A stretch of 56,062 bases of DNA. Source: Anaerolineae bacterium. GTDB lineage: Bacteria > Chloroflexota > Anaerolineae > UBA7937. The stretch lies in the NCBI GenBank assembly GCA_034419095.1, contig DAOULQ010000104.1, positions 1 through 56,062 on the forward strand. The letters are read 5' to 3'. The translations under genes and the position numbers were made by a program. The notes beneath the pieces were generated by a model that worked only from the letters and a program-made list of their open reading frames with translations, made no database searches and had not been told where the DNA came from. This document shows positions 43,215-53,403 of this stretch, piece by piece; within the stretch, counting starts at the first letter, position 1, and each line of letters opens with the position of its first letter.

Positions 43215-45086
43215 ATGCCCGGTGGGTATATGGGTCGTATCCTCTTCGTGGATCTTTCCCGCGGAAGCATGAAAGAGGAGCGTACAGATGAGGAATTGTG
43301 TCGCCAATTCTTGGGCGGCTATGGTCTCGGTGTCAGGCTCATTTGGGATAGACAACGTCCAGGGGTGGCACCCCTGAGCCCTCAAAACATACTAGGGTTT
43401 GTTACTGGGCCTCTCACTGGCACCCCGGCCCTCATCGCTTCGCGTTATATGGTCGTTGGCAAGTCGCCCCTGACGCAAAGCTGGGGAGATGCAAATTCCG
43501 GAGGCTTCTTCGGGCCGCACATGAAGTTTGCAGGCTATGACGCTGTCTTCTTCACTGGAGAGTCAAAGAAGCCGGTCTATTTGCTCCTTGACCAGGGAGA
43601 CGCCAAGCTCCGGGATGCCCAAGAGCTATGGGGCCTAGATACCGTTGAGACCGAGGATCTCCTCAAGGCAGAGTTAGGAGCGACGACCGAGGTGGCCTGT
43701 ATCGGCCCTGCGGGCGAGAAATTGTCCTTAATCTCCTGTATCATCAACAACAAAGGCCGGGCCGCTGCTAGGTCAGGGCTGGGGGCGGTTATGGGTTCAA
43801 AGAAGTTGAAAGCGGTTGCCGTAAGGGGCGATATGGAAGTGCCGCTAGCGGACAGGGAGAGGGTCCTGAAGTTTCGAAAGCGGTATTTGGCTAGCCTGAG
43901 AGGCTCCTTAGTCGACTACTACCGTGACTACGGTACGTGCGGAGGGCTAGAAGGAGCATCGGTTAGCGGCGATGCACCGGTCAAGAACTGGAAGGGAGTT
44001 GGTCTCGTCGACTTCCCCCAGGCAGAGGCTATAAGCGACGATAACGTCATCAAATATCAGGAGAAGCGTTTCGCTTGTTGGCGTTGCCCCTTGGGCTGCG
44101 GCGGACATGTGAGGGTGACGGAAGGGCCATACGCCGTTGAAGGACATAAGCCGGAGTACGAGACCTTGGCGGCTTTTGGTACCATGACCCTGGTGGACGA
44201 CGTGGAAGCGATCATAAAAGCCAATGACCTGTGCAACCGATATGGGCTTGATACCATCTCAACCGGTGCGACCCTGGCATTTGCTATGGAGTGCTACGAG
44301 AGGGGGTTGCTTTCGCCAAAGGATACTGATGGGCTAGTGCTGCAGTGGGGGAATGCTCCCGATATGCTCGCCCTAATCGAGAAAATGGCTACGAGGGAAG
44401 GGTTGGGTGATCTGTTGGGCGATGGAGTGAAGAGGGCTGCGGAGAGAATTGGGGAAGAGGCTAAGGAATTGGCTATTCATATCCAGGGGCAAGAGGTCCC
44501 CATGCATGACTCTCGTTATCTGCCCACTCTAGCCCTCAGTTATTGGCTGGATGCCACTCCCGCCCGCCATACTCAGGGGGGACACTGGGCTTACGACCTG
44601 CCTGCTATCTCACGCAAGCGCCTAGGCATACCCGATGAGGAAGAGAAATACCTGAATACAGGCAAAGCGGAGATATTCAAGAAAGTAACCGACATACTCC
44701 ACGTGGTCAGCGCGGCTGGGCTTTGCCATTTCGGTTACGAGTGCACGGACATTCAGTACGTGCCCGACTTTCTATCGGCCGTGACAGGTTGGGATATCAC
44801 CCTTGAAGAGTGCTTGAGAATAGGAGAGCGCATATCCAACTTGCGCCATCTTTTCAACTTGCGGGAGGGCTTGAACCCTTTGAAGTTCAAGCTGCCAGGT
44901 CTAATCATCGGAAACCCTCCTCTCGAAGCCGGCCCTCTAGCGGGCATTGAGGTAGATGTGGAGAGTTTGGCGAGCGAATATCTTGCGGCCAGAAGTTGGG
45001 ACCCAGCCACCACCATGCCGAGTGGGGAAAAACTGGCCGAGCTGGATCTTGAAGAGGTGGCCAGAGAAGTGAGGACTAAGCAGTAG
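43215..45086 (+). CDS. aor: aldehyde:ferredoxin oxidoreductase family protein (tungsto/molybdo-pterin plus [4Fe-4S])
   Basis: 623 aa. N-terminal GRILFVDLSRGS...FLGGYGLGVRLIWD, Fe-S ligand motif CWRCPLGCG, DTISTG, EVPMHDSRY. Full-length collinear AOR architecture. RBS GGAGGAAG. Confidence 0.9.
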   Translation: MPGGYMGRILFVDLSRGSMKEERTDEELCRQFLGGYGLGVRLIWDRQRPGVAPLSPQNILGFVTGPLTGTPALIASRYMVVGKSPLTQSWGDANSGGFFGPHMKFAGYDAVFFTGESKKPVYLLLDQGDAKLRDAQELWGLDTVETEDLLKAELGATTEVACIGPAGEKLSLISCIINNKGRAAARSGLGAVMGSKKLKAVAVRGDMEVPLADRERVLKFRKRYLASLRGSLVDYYRDYGTCGGLEGASVSGDAPVKNWKGVGLVDFPQAEAISDDNVIKYQEKRFACWRCPLGCGGHVRVTEGPYAVEGHKPEYETLAAFGTMTLVDDVEAIIKANDLCNRYGLDTISTGATLAFAMECYERGLLSPKDTDGLVLQWGNAPDMLALIEKMATREGLGDLLGDGVKRAAERIGEEAKELAIHIQGQEVPMHDSRYLPTLALSYWLDATPARHTQGGHWAYDLPAISRKRLGIPDEEEKYLNTGKAEIFKKVTDILHVVSAAGLCHFGYECTDIQYVPDFLSAVTGWDITLEECLRIGERISNLRHLFNLREGLNPLKFKLPGLIIGNPPLEAGPLAGIEVDVESLASEYLAARSWDPATTMPSGEKLAELDLEEVAREVRTKQ

Positions 45087-45152
45087 CGCGCAGTTTGTTA
45101 ATATGAGTGTTTGCCAGTTCAGTGGCCTGCCTAACACCGTGGACCTCATAGC

Positions 45153-46151
45153 GTGAAAAAGCCTTTGGTCTTCATTGCTTTGCCCCCGCGACTATATGGG
45201 CTCTTCTTCAGCTCAGAAGTTGAGGATCTTCTTCGTTCATTTGCCGATGTCATGAGAAACGAGACCGACCACGATCTGAGTGAGGAAGAGATGTCAGAAA
45301 GGGTGCGAGAGGTCGATGGCGTTATCTTCGGTTGGGAGGGAGGAGGCCTCACTAAACGAAACATCGCCCAGACAAGAAATCTAAAAATCATCGGTCAGGT
45401 AGGAGGGACGGTTAAGCATATTGATACCGAGGCAGCGCTCGCTCGAGGCATCGTCGTGGTCAATTCAGCCCCAGCGATGAGCACCAGCGTCGCAGAGTTT
45501 GCCTTGGCTCTGATCTTGGATTGCCTTCACGACATAACGTTCTATGACCGGTTGACTAGGGCTCGTCAGGAACGAGAAGTGTTACCTCTGGGACGAGAGC
45601 TGACGGGGAAGAAGGTGGGACTCATCGGCTTGGGCTTGATCGGTCAAAAACTAGCCACCTTGCTCGAGCCTTTCGATGTGGAGATATTGGTCTACGACCC
45701 TTACGTGTCAGAGGACGTGATCGTCGACCTAGGAGCTAACTCTGCCTCTCTGGAGGAGGTTCTGACGACTTGTGATGTGGTGAGTCTACATGCCGGGCTA
45801 ACCTCTGAGACATATCACCTGTTGGATCGGCAAAGGCTTGATCTCTTGCGGCCAGGAGCGATTCTGGTTAACACCGCGCGAGGGGATATCGTAGATCAAG
45901 AGACTCTGGTGGAAAAGTTGAGAGGGGGAGGGCTGAAAGCAGCCCTTGATGTCTTTTCCGAGGAGCCCCTCCCCCTTTCTCACGAGTTGCGCGACCTGGA
46001 GAATGTCATCCTGACTCCTCATCGGGCAGCGCATACAGAAGAGGCATATGGGCTCTTGGGTAGGATAGTGGTGGAGGATTTCGCGCGATTTTTCTCGGGC
46101 CAACCCCCGCTCAATGTGTTAACGAAAGAGCAGCTGCTGAGAATGACCTAG
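45153..46151 (+). CDS. D-isomer-specific 2-hydroxyacid dehydrogenase (glycerate/2-ketoacid reductase-like)
   Basis: GKKVGLIGLGLIGQKLA NAD fold, NTARGDIVD, ALDVFSEEP, catalytic HRAAHT. GTG start; the RBS is weak. Confidence 0.85.
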   Translation: MKKPLVFIALPPRLYGLFFSSEVEDLLRSFADVMRNETDHDLSEEEMSERVREVDGVIFGWEGGGLTKRNIAQTRNLKIIGQVGGTVKHIDTEAALARGIVVVNSAPAMSTSVAEFALALILDCLHDITFYDRLTRARQEREVLPLGRELTGKKVGLIGLGLIGQKLATLLEPFDVEILVYDPYVSEDVIVDLGANSASLEEVLTTCDVVSLHAGLTSETYHLLDRQRLDLLRPGAILVNTARGDIVDQETLVEKLRGGGLKAALDVFSEEPLPLSHELRDLENVILTPHRAAHTEEAYGLLGRIVVEDFARFFSGQPPLNVLTKEQLLRMT

Positions 46152-46185
46152 AGGTCAACCCGTCATAATTTCCGAGGAGGTGTCG

Positions 46186-48249
46186 ATGAACTCGAAGCAG
46201 GCGAAGTTGGAAGGGAACTACTTTTCCGTGGACGACAAAGCCCTCTTCGTTTTGGGGACCCATTACGTGCCGGCGCGGGAGGGCCTGCAATGGCCCTACG
46301 AATGGAACGCTGAGGTTTGGGATTCCGATTTTCGTTTGATGCACGAGATGGGGCTGAATTTCGTGCGGTTCGACCTGTTCTGGGCTTGGTTCGAGCCAAG
46401 GCCCGGGCAATACAACGAGGAGGCCTTTGCTCAATTCGATGAGATCATCCGCCTAGCCAAGAAATATGATCTATACCTGAACCCTACTTTCTTCATCGGT
46501 GGAGAGGTGGGGGATGCCTATTGGGATGTGCCCTGGCGGGCTGGCCGCCACCCCCATGCTGACCCGGAGATGCTTCGCCTGCAAGTCGAACACGTCAAAG
46601 AGTTCGCTCGCCGCTATAAGGATGAGTCCACTGTCCTGGCTTGGGATCTCACGGATGAGCCTCCCTATTGGATAGTGGCTCAGGAGACCTCAGACGCCAT
46701 GGCTGCCAACTGGACGAATGCCCTGGCTGCGGCCATTCGTCAGTTTGACCCCCAGCACGCCATCCTGGTAGGGACGAGCAGCCAGGAGATCGGGCGCGGT
46801 CCTTTCCGAGCTGACATCATCGCTGAAGCCGTGGATTTCCTTAGTGTGCACCCTTACCCCTTCTATCAACCTGAATACTATCCCGAACCCTTGCTATCTA
46901 TGCGGGTCACATATGCCGCAGCCTTCGAGACTATGTTGGCCCGAGGGGCCGGTAAACCAGTGATGGTGCAAGAGTTCGGGGCCTCCAGCGCTCAGTTCAC
47001 ACCTGAACGTATCGCGCGATACTACAATACGATGATGTACAGTGCGCTTGGCAGTGGTGCTCACGGCTTGGTGGCTTGGTGTTTCACCGATGCTGAGGAG
47101 GCCACTTGGTCTCGCGTGCCCTATCTTCGCTGTCCTCATGAGACTCAATTCGGCGTTACCGATGCTCGAAAGCAGGCTCGCCCTGCAGGGGAGGAATTGC
47201 GAAAACTCAGTCAAGTGCTTAGCCAGATGGAATTTGGCAGCATCAGCCTGCCGCTTTTGCAAGCAGGCATCATCGTGCCTCACGAGTTCGCTCACGGTCC
47301 CGATTACTCTCGCTATGGCATCAACGAACCTCATCTCTCCTTGTACATATCCGCAGAAGAAGCCTGGGTAGAAAAGAGGGAGAGGCGAAGCGGGGTGGCG
47401 CTTCCAGTTTCTTCCTGGCTGAGCGCGTTCATACTGGCCAAGGAAGCGCATCTGGAAGTTGGCTTTCCTCGTGAGTATGATTCTTGGGAGAAGCTGCCCC
47501 TCATACTCTTGCCCTCGCCCCTCACCTCCACCTCCCTCAGTTTCAATCATATCCATACCACCTTTTGGCGCCGGGCACAACGGTACGTGGAGGCGGGTGG
47601 GACACTCTATGCTTCTCTTTCCGGGGATGCGGCCATACCAGAGATGGAGGACTTGTTTGGCGCCTCCTTAGAAGATCGGATCATCCCGGAAGGCTGGGCG
47701 GAAATAGAGATGATAGAAGATTTCCACGGCTTGAAGAAGGGGGAAAGATTTCGCTATCAAGCAGGCCGTTCGCCTGCGGATATGGGCTATCTCCTACGCG
47801 TTAGCGCGGGTCAGATCGTAGCGATCGACCAAGAAAGCAACCCGGCCATCGTCGCTCATTCTCTAGGCCAAGGGCGAACCTTGCTCTCAGCCTATCCTTT
47901 GGAGCACTACCTGGCCCAGACTCCAGGGGCCTTCGAGGGGGAGGAGCCCACTTGGCGACTTTATCAGGCCCTGAGGAACTACGCTGGCCTGAGATCGCTC
48001 TTCGACTGTGACAACCCGAAGGTAGAACTAGGGCTACTCCCGTGCTCCAACGAGGGATACATTGTGGTGGCTAATCATGGAGTGGAGCCGACTAGAACCT
48101 CAATCACTACTGCTTTGTCATTGGAAGAGGTGAGGGAACTCGCCCCAAGCCAGGCTAGAAGGTTGGTACATGATGAGCACGGCTGGGAGGTAGATTTGGA
48201 TGGATTCTCTGGGACTGTTTTCCATTGGATAGGTATGACTTCTGAATAG
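46186..48249 (+). CDS. GH42-like clan GH-A glycosidase (paralogous in fold to 2063-4330)
   Basis: MGLNFVRFDLFWAWFEPRPGQYNEEAF, AWDLTDEPPYW, VQEFG. Middle-domain-like LPLILLPSP...YVEAGGTLYASLSGD. ATG at 46186 lies 4-5 nt after GAGGAGG; the track uses a GTG at 46180. Confidence 0.7.
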   Translation: MNSKQAKLEGNYFSVDDKALFVLGTHYVPAREGLQWPYEWNAEVWDSDFRLMHEMGLNFVRFDLFWAWFEPRPGQYNEEAFAQFDEIIRLAKKYDLYLNPTFFIGGEVGDAYWDVPWRAGRHPHADPEMLRLQVEHVKEFARRYKDESTVLAWDLTDEPPYWIVAQETSDAMAANWTNALAAAIRQFDPQHAILVGTSSQEIGRGPFRADIIAEAVDFLSVHPYPFYQPEYYPEPLLSMRVTYAAAFETMLARGAGKPVMVQEFGASSAQFTPERIARYYNTMMYSALGSGAHGLVAWCFTDAEEATWSRVPYLRCPHETQFGVTDARKQARPAGEELRKLSQVLSQMEFGSISLPLLQAGIIVPHEFAHGPDYSRYGINEPHLSLYISAEEAWVEKRERRSGVALPVSSWLSAFILAKEAHLEVGFPREYDSWEKLPLILLPSPLTSTSLSFNHIHTTFWRRAQRYVEAGGTLYASLSGDAAIPEMEDLFGASLEDRIIPEGWAEIEMIEDFHGLKKGERFRYQAGRSPADMGYLLRVSAGQIVAIDQESNPAIVAHSLGQGRTLLSAYPLEHYLAQTPGAFEGEEPTWRLYQALRNYAGLRSLFDCDNPKVELGLLPCSNEGYIVVANHGVEPTRTSITTALSLEEVRELAPSQARRLVHDEHGWEVDLDGFSGTVFHWIGMTSE

Positions 48250-48265
48250 TCGGAGGAGGAACGAG

Positions 48266-49309
48266 ATGGACTATTTCTTAGAGGAGATATTGTCACAGCC
48301 CCGGGTTCTCCGAGCAACTTTGGATCGCTACTTGGAGGATGAATCTCTGCTTCGACCCGTGGCCAGAGCTATGGAGCGGGGAAGGTATCAACTGCTCTTA
48401 TTGACGGCCATGGGCAGTTCTTATTTCGCTCTCTATCCTCCTTGCATCTATCTAAATGAGCATGGCCTATTCGCCATCATGGTGGAAGCTTCAGAGCTAT
48501 TGCATTACTATAGAAATCTCGTCTCCGATCGACTTCTGGTAGTGATCGCTTCTCAGTCCGGGGAAACGGCGGAGGTGAAGAAACTTGCCGCTGAAGTTCG
48601 GGGCAGGACATCTATCGTAACGGTCACCAACGATGCCCAGAACTACCTGGCCGGAAATAGCGATCTGCCTCTGTTCCTGTATGTGGGACAAGAAAGTGGG
48701 CCAGCCTCCAAGACTCATACCGCAACCATGTCAGTTCTCCTCCTTTTGGCCATGCATCTCACGTCTAGCTTGAACAAACAAAGAGTGGAGGGGCTATACG
48801 CCGCGGTGGAAGCCATGGAAAGTTTCCTCGGGGGGTGGGAAGAGAGAATTGATGGCTTGCTTGACTTCTTGGGCACCGTGGATGCTCTCTCCCTTCTAGG
48901 GCGAGGCCCCTCGGTAGCCTCGGCGATGGCCGGAGCGCTGATCTTGAAGGAAGCAGCGAAGATGCGGGCTGAAGGGATGAGTGCGGGGCAATTCAGACAC
49001 GGGCCTCTGGAAGCGGTGGCTCCGGGCTTCACCGCTGTGGTATTTGCTATACAAGGGAAAACGAGGGATATCAACTTGCGGCTGGCGCATGACATAGCCG
49101 AATTCGGAGGAAAAGCAGTCATCGTTGGGAGTGATGAGGCACTAAAAGGAGAAAGGATCTTCAATGTAACACTGCCGCCTCTTGACGAGTTCTTTTCCCC
49201 TCTGTTGGAGATTCTGCCCATCCAACTACTCTCGTGGAGGATTGCTAGAGAGAAAGGGCTGCAACCGGGCAAGTTCGATAAGGCTAAGAAGGTAACCCTT
49301 TATGAGTAG
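48266..49309 (+). CDS. double-SIS-domain aminosugar-phosphate deaminase/deglycase (AgaS/FrlB/GlmS-isomerase-domain-like)
   Basis: VVIASQSGETAE, GRGPSVASAMAGALILKE, SAGQFRHGPLE. The C-terminus KKVTLYE resembles the GlmS-type end. 347 aa. Confidence 0.8.
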   Translation: MDYFLEEILSQPRVLRATLDRYLEDESLLRPVARAMERGRYQLLLLTAMGSSYFALYPPCIYLNEHGLFAIMVEASELLHYYRNLVSDRLLVVIASQSGETAEVKKLAAEVRGRTSIVTVTNDAQNYLAGNSDLPLFLYVGQESGPASKTHTATMSVLLLLAMHLTSSLNKQRVEGLYAAVEAMESFLGGWEERIDGLLDFLGTVDALSLLGRGPSVASAMAGALILKEAAKMRAEGMSAGQFRHGPLEAVAPGFTAVVFAIQGKTRDINLRLAHDIAEFGGKAVIVGSDEALKGERIFNVTLPPLDEFFSPLLEILPIQLLSWRIAREKGLQPGKFDKAKKVTLYE

Positions 49310-50246
49310 GGAGTTCTGTGTTATCGGCAATCTCGATGCCGATCTGGTATTGTACCCGCTGAGGTGTTTCCCGGTCTGGGGCAGCGAGGTCATCGCCAGC
49401 CATATGGGTTGGCGCCCGGGAGGGATAGGCAACGTCCTTCTCTGCTCGGCGAGGATAGGAGTCAGGGGGTCCGCCATTGCCAATGTGGGAGATGATGCCA
49501 TCGGCCAGGAGTTGCTATCCACATTGCAGGAGGCCAAGGTCGACATAAGCCACATTGAGCGTTCATTAGATGTGCGCACGGGTATTAGCGTTTGTCTCGG
49601 TCGGGAAGATGGGGAGCGCGCCTTTGTGACCCATTTGGGACACCTCCAGCATCTAAATGTCGACTTGGTTCTTGGGCATCGCGAGGCTTGGAAGGGGGCA
49701 AAATGCGTGCTCATCTCCGGCTATTTTCTCTTGCCGGGTCTTGGGTTCGCCGGTACGAGGAGGCTAATGGAAGAGGTTCATGGGGAGGGCAAAGCGGTGC
49801 TCTTTGATACCGGATGGGATGTCAATGGATGGCCAGAGCGTTCCGTGGAAGAGGTGATGCAGCTGTTGGAGGAGGTGGATATCTTTCTGCCCAGTCTCAA
49901 CGAGGCGCAGGCGCTGACCGGCGAGACTTCCCCCGAGGGGTGTCTGGACGCTCTATTTGCCCGTTGCCCGCGTCACGTGATCATCAAAATGGGTGAGGCG
50001 GGGAGCATTGCTAAGACAAAGGACGGAGTCTTCCGCCAATCTGCCTTTCCCGTTGTGCCCCTGGATACCACGGGTGCCGGGGATTGCTTCAACACCGGTG
50101 TGATCTTTGGCCTCTTGAGAGGATGGGATACTCCCAGGATTCTACGATTCGCGAACGCTCTAGCGGCCATGGTGATCTCGCGACGGGGAGAAGATAGGTA
50201 CCCTGCTCTCAACGAAGTCGAGCAATACCTGCACAACTGGCAATAG
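49302..50246 (+). CDS. PfkB-family carbohydrate kinase
   Basis: GGIGNV, and the PfkB signature DTTGAGDCFNTG near the C-terminus. The start overlaps the upstream stop by 8 nt. Confidence 0.85.
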   Translation: MSREFCVIGNLDADLVLYPLRCFPVWGSEVIASHMGWRPGGIGNVLLCSARIGVRGSAIANVGDDAIGQELLSTLQEAKVDISHIERSLDVRTGISVCLGREDGERAFVTHLGHLQHLNVDLVLGHREAWKGAKCVLISGYFLLPGLGFAGTRRLMEEVHGEGKAVLFDTGWDVNGWPERSVEEVMQLLEEVDIFLPSLNEAQALTGETSPEGCLDALFARCPRHVIIKMGEAGSIAKTKDGVFRQSAFPVVPLDTTGAGDCFNTGVIFGLLRGWDTPRILRFANALAAMVISRRGEDRYPALNEVEQYLHNWQ

Positions 50247-50258
50247 AAAGGGACAAGA

Positions 50259-50999
50259 ATGGAAGAGAAGTATAAGCATTTGCTCTTGAAGGATAAGGTG
50301 AGTATCGTAACTGGTGCCAGTAGCGGCATAGGCAGCCAGATCGCTCTCACTTTTGCTCAAGAAGGAGCGAAGGTGGTTTTGGCCGCTCGTAGAGAAGCCA
50401 AACTCCAGGAGGTGGCGCGAGAGGTTCTTAGTCGTGGCGGGGAGTCTTTGGTTGTGCCCACTGATATCTCTCAGGAGACGCAAGTTAGAGCTATGGTTAG
50501 TGAAGCCCTAAGGGAGTTTGGCCGCGTGGACATTTTGGTCAACGATGCCGGGATGGGACATTGGGGCCCGGTGGTGGATTTTAAGACCAAGGCCTGGGAC
50601 GAGGTCTTTAACGTCAACGCCAAAGGGACCTTCCTTTGCTGTCGAGAGGTCTTGCCGGCTATGATGGAGCAGAAGGGAGGTCGAATCATCAACATCTCCT
50701 CCGACGCTGGCAAGATACCTTTCGCCGAGTGTAGTGCCTATTGTGCAGCGAAGGCGGCGGTCATAGCCTTCAGCCGCTGTTTGGCGTTAGAGATGTTACC
50801 TCACAATATCGGGGTCCACGTAATCTGCCCCGGCTATGTAGATACCGCTTGGTACGATAATGATCCTACTGCCCCAGATCGTTCGAGAATGCTGAAAGCG
50901 GGGGATATAGCCCAGTTAGCTCTGTACCTGGCCTCTCTGCCACCTAGGGTGTTGATTGACGAGATAGTGATCCAACCCAGAGGCATGGCCATGGGATGA
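50259..50999 (+). CDS. SDR-family oxidoreductase
   Basis: VSIVTGASSGIGSQIAL, NDAG, catalytic YCAAKAAV, ICPGYVDT. Confidence 0.85.
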   Translation: MEEKYKHLLLKDKVSIVTGASSGIGSQIALTFAQEGAKVVLAARREAKLQEVAREVLSRGGESLVVPTDISQETQVRAMVSEALREFGRVDILVNDAGMGHWGPVVDFKTKAWDEVFNVNAKGTFLCCREVLPAMMEQKGGRIINISSDAGKIPFAECSAYCAAKAAVIAFSRCLALEMLPHNIGVHVICPGYVDTAWYDNDPTAPDRSRMLKAGDIAQLALYLASLPPRVLIDEIVIQPRGMAMG

Positions 51000-51063
51000 G
51001 CGGTGCGGACTCCCCGTATCTCTTTGCGAAAAGGGAATTCTGATAGTAAGGAGAAGAGACCTC

Positions 51064-52356
51064 ATGGCTAGAGAGATGAAGATTTGCGTCATAGGGGGAG
51101 GTAGCACCTATACTCCAGAACTGATAGAAGGCTTTATCGAGAGGCAAGCGGAATTGGGGCTCGCCACAGTCACTTTGATGGATATAGACGAGGATAGATT
51201 GAGCGTGGTGGGGGGGTTCGCTCAACGCATGATCAAGGCGACGGGTTCGCCGATCGAACTCATTCTTTCTACCGAGCGGGAAGAGGCACTGGAGGGAGCA
51301 GACTATGTGATCAGTCAGATCCGGGTGGGAGGCAATGATCAGCGGGTGATAGATGAGAAGATCCCCTTGCAGTTCGGCATAGTGGGGCAAGAGACGACGG
51401 GCCCCGGAGGCTTTGCCAAGGCTTTGCGCACTATCCCGGTCATGTTGAGTATCGTGGCAGATATGGAGCGGTTGTGTCCCCAAGCATGGCTGATCAACTT
51501 CACGAACCCCTCTGGGTTGATGACAGAGGCCCTCGTCAAGCACAGCAAGGCACGGGTAATCGGACTTTGCAATCTGCCAATCAACATGGTGCACGCGGTG
51601 GCTGGCTATCTGGGCGTTGCACCCCAACGGGTCAGCCTCGACTACGTGGGGCTTAACCACCTGAGTTGGGTGAAGGGGGTCTATCTGGATGGGCGGGAGG
51701 TGACCGGGGAAGTGTTAGCTAAGGCCATCACAGAAGCGCGCCAGAGTGAGAAAGGTCATCGTATCTTTAGTCCAGAACTCCTGGAAGTGTTAGGCATGCT
51801 TCCTTGCTACTATCTGCGTTACTATTATCACCATGATGAGGTGTTGGAGGAACAGAAAAAGGCGAGCAAGAGTCGTGGCGAAGAAGTACAGGAGATAGAG
51901 GAAGGGCTCTTGGCCATGTACACCGACCCCCACCTTGTCAGCAAGCCTAAAGAGCTGGAAAAGCGAGGGGGGGCTCTCTATTCCACAGCCGCGGTATCTC
52001 TTATCGCCGCCATCGTGGGCAACAAGAACGAGATGCACATAGTCAACTGCCGGAATAGAGGTGCCCTAGCGGAGTTGCCAGAGGGTTCGGTGGTTGAGGT
52101 GCCTTGTGTGGTAGGGGCGGCTGGAGCGATCCCATTGACCGTTGGCTACCTGCCGGTTACGATTAGAGGCCTGATCCAGTCTGTCAAAGCGTATGAAGAG
52201 CTAGCCATTGAGGCTGCAGTGACCGGAGATCGACAGACCGCTCTACAGGCGTTGTTGAACCACCCCTTGGTTCCCAGTTTCGGGGTGGCGAAGGCGCTCT
52301 TGAACGCTATTCTGGAAGCCAATAGGGATTACCTCCCTCAGTTCTTCAGTAGGTAA
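51064..52356 (+). CDS. GH4 NAD/Mn-dependent 6-phospho-beta-glucosidase (second copy)
   Basis: KICVIGGGSTYTPELIEG, QETTGPGG, INFTNPSGLMTEA, IGLCNLP. Collinear with 28664-29959. RBS AAGGAGAAG. Confidence 0.9.
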   Translation: MAREMKICVIGGGSTYTPELIEGFIERQAELGLATVTLMDIDEDRLSVVGGFAQRMIKATGSPIELILSTEREEALEGADYVISQIRVGGNDQRVIDEKIPLQFGIVGQETTGPGGFAKALRTIPVMLSIVADMERLCPQAWLINFTNPSGLMTEALVKHSKARVIGLCNLPINMVHAVAGYLGVAPQRVSLDYVGLNHLSWVKGVYLDGREVTGEVLAKAITEARQSEKGHRIFSPELLEVLGMLPCYYLRYYYHHDEVLEEQKKASKSRGEEVQEIEEGLLAMYTDPHLVSKPKELEKRGGALYSTAAVSLIAAIVGNKNEMHIVNCRNRGALAELPEGSVVEVPCVVGAAGAIPLTVGYLPVTIRGLIQSVKAYEELAIEAAVTGDRQTALQALLNHPLVPSFGVAKALLNAILEANRDYLPQFFSR

Positions 52357-52407
52357 GGGGAAGTGTAGTGAAATCGGTTTGCAGTTGAAGGTTTCTTTGG
52401 GGGTGGC

Positions 52408-53403
52408 ATGAACTACGTGCTAGGTGTAGACGGAGGGGCTTCTAAGACTCTCTGTCTGGCAGGGGGCGAAGATGGCTATATCCTAGGCCTTGGTCGTGGT
52501 GGGCCGAGCAACCATCAAGGGTGTGGCCTTGAGGGAGCAGTGGCCCAAATCGCCCATTCCGTTAAGGAAGCCCTTGTGCAGGCGCAGGCATCTCCTGAGG
52601 AGGTGCGACTGGGCATCTTCTGCCTGGCAGGTGCTGACCTGCCCGAAGACTACGCCATGCTCAGCCAAGCGGTAGAGGATCTTGGGGTTTGCCAGAGGGT
52701 CGTAGTGGAGAATGATACTATGGCCGCTCTTCGCTCTGGGCTCTCGCGGTCTTGGGGCATAGTAGTCATCTGTGGGACAGGCACGAATGCGGCCGGTCGG
52801 GCTCCTGATGGACGAGAGATTATTCTTCCTGGGTTAGGGCACATCTCCGGCGATTGGGGCGGAGGAGCCGAGATCACTCAAGAGATCATACGCCATGTCA
52901 TGCGCGCTTGGGACGGCCGGGGTAAACCGACCGTGCTTCTGCAAATGGTGCTTGACGCCTTGGGTGTATCATCTCCGGAGGTCTTGCTTCAAATGCTCTA
53001 TCACAACCAACTGGAGCAGCATCAACTCCTAGGGCTGGTGCCGCTTCTTTTCGAGGCAGCCTATGCGGGGGATGAGGTAGCCTGCCAATTAGTCAGAGAA
53101 GTGGGTATGGAGGTAGGGGTGACAGCTCGAACCATCATTCGCAGGCTATCGTTGCAGGACAAAGATGTGGAGGTAGTTTTGGCGGGCAGCATCTTCAAGG
53201 CCAAGGGGCCGCTTCTCATCGATACGGTAAAGGGGATCGTCCATGAGGTAGCACCTCGAGCCTCCATCGTATTGCCGGAGTTCGAGCCGGTGGTGGGGGC
53301 TTTGTTTCTGGCTCTGGAGGCCGCAGGGGTCGAAATTAAAGGGATGGTCAGAGGAAACGTCGAAACTACCTTGCCCCAGGAGTTAGTCATCGAAAGGCGC
53401 TAG
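52408..53403 (+). CDS. BadF/BadG/BcrA/BcrD-type ATPase (N-acetylglucosamine-kinase-like sugar kinase)
   Basis: YVLGVDGGASKTLCL, ENDTMAAL, ICGTGTNA. 331 aa. Confidence 0.8.
   Translation: MNYVLGVDGGASKTLCLAGGEDGYILGLGRGGPSNHQGCGLEGAVAQIAHSVKEALVQAQASPEEVRLGIFCLAGADLPEDYAMLSQAVEDLGVCQRVVVENDTMAALRSGLSRSWGIVVICGTGTNAAGRAPDGREIILPGLGHISGDWGGGAEITQEIIRHVMRAWDGRGKPTVLLQMVLDALGVSSPEVLLQMLYHNQLEQHQLLGLVPLLFEAAYAGDEVACQLVREVGMEVGVTARTIIRRLSLQDKDVEVVLAGSIFKAKGPLLIDTVKGIVHEVAPRASIVLPEFEPVVGALFLALEAAGVEIKGMVRGNVETTLPQELVIERR

Noticed and set aside
43215-43229. Alternative AOR start at the second Met (MGRILFVDLS).
   Set aside because: GGAGGAAG sits at ideal spacing before the first ATG (43215). The difference is only 5 codons, so the first ATG was kept.
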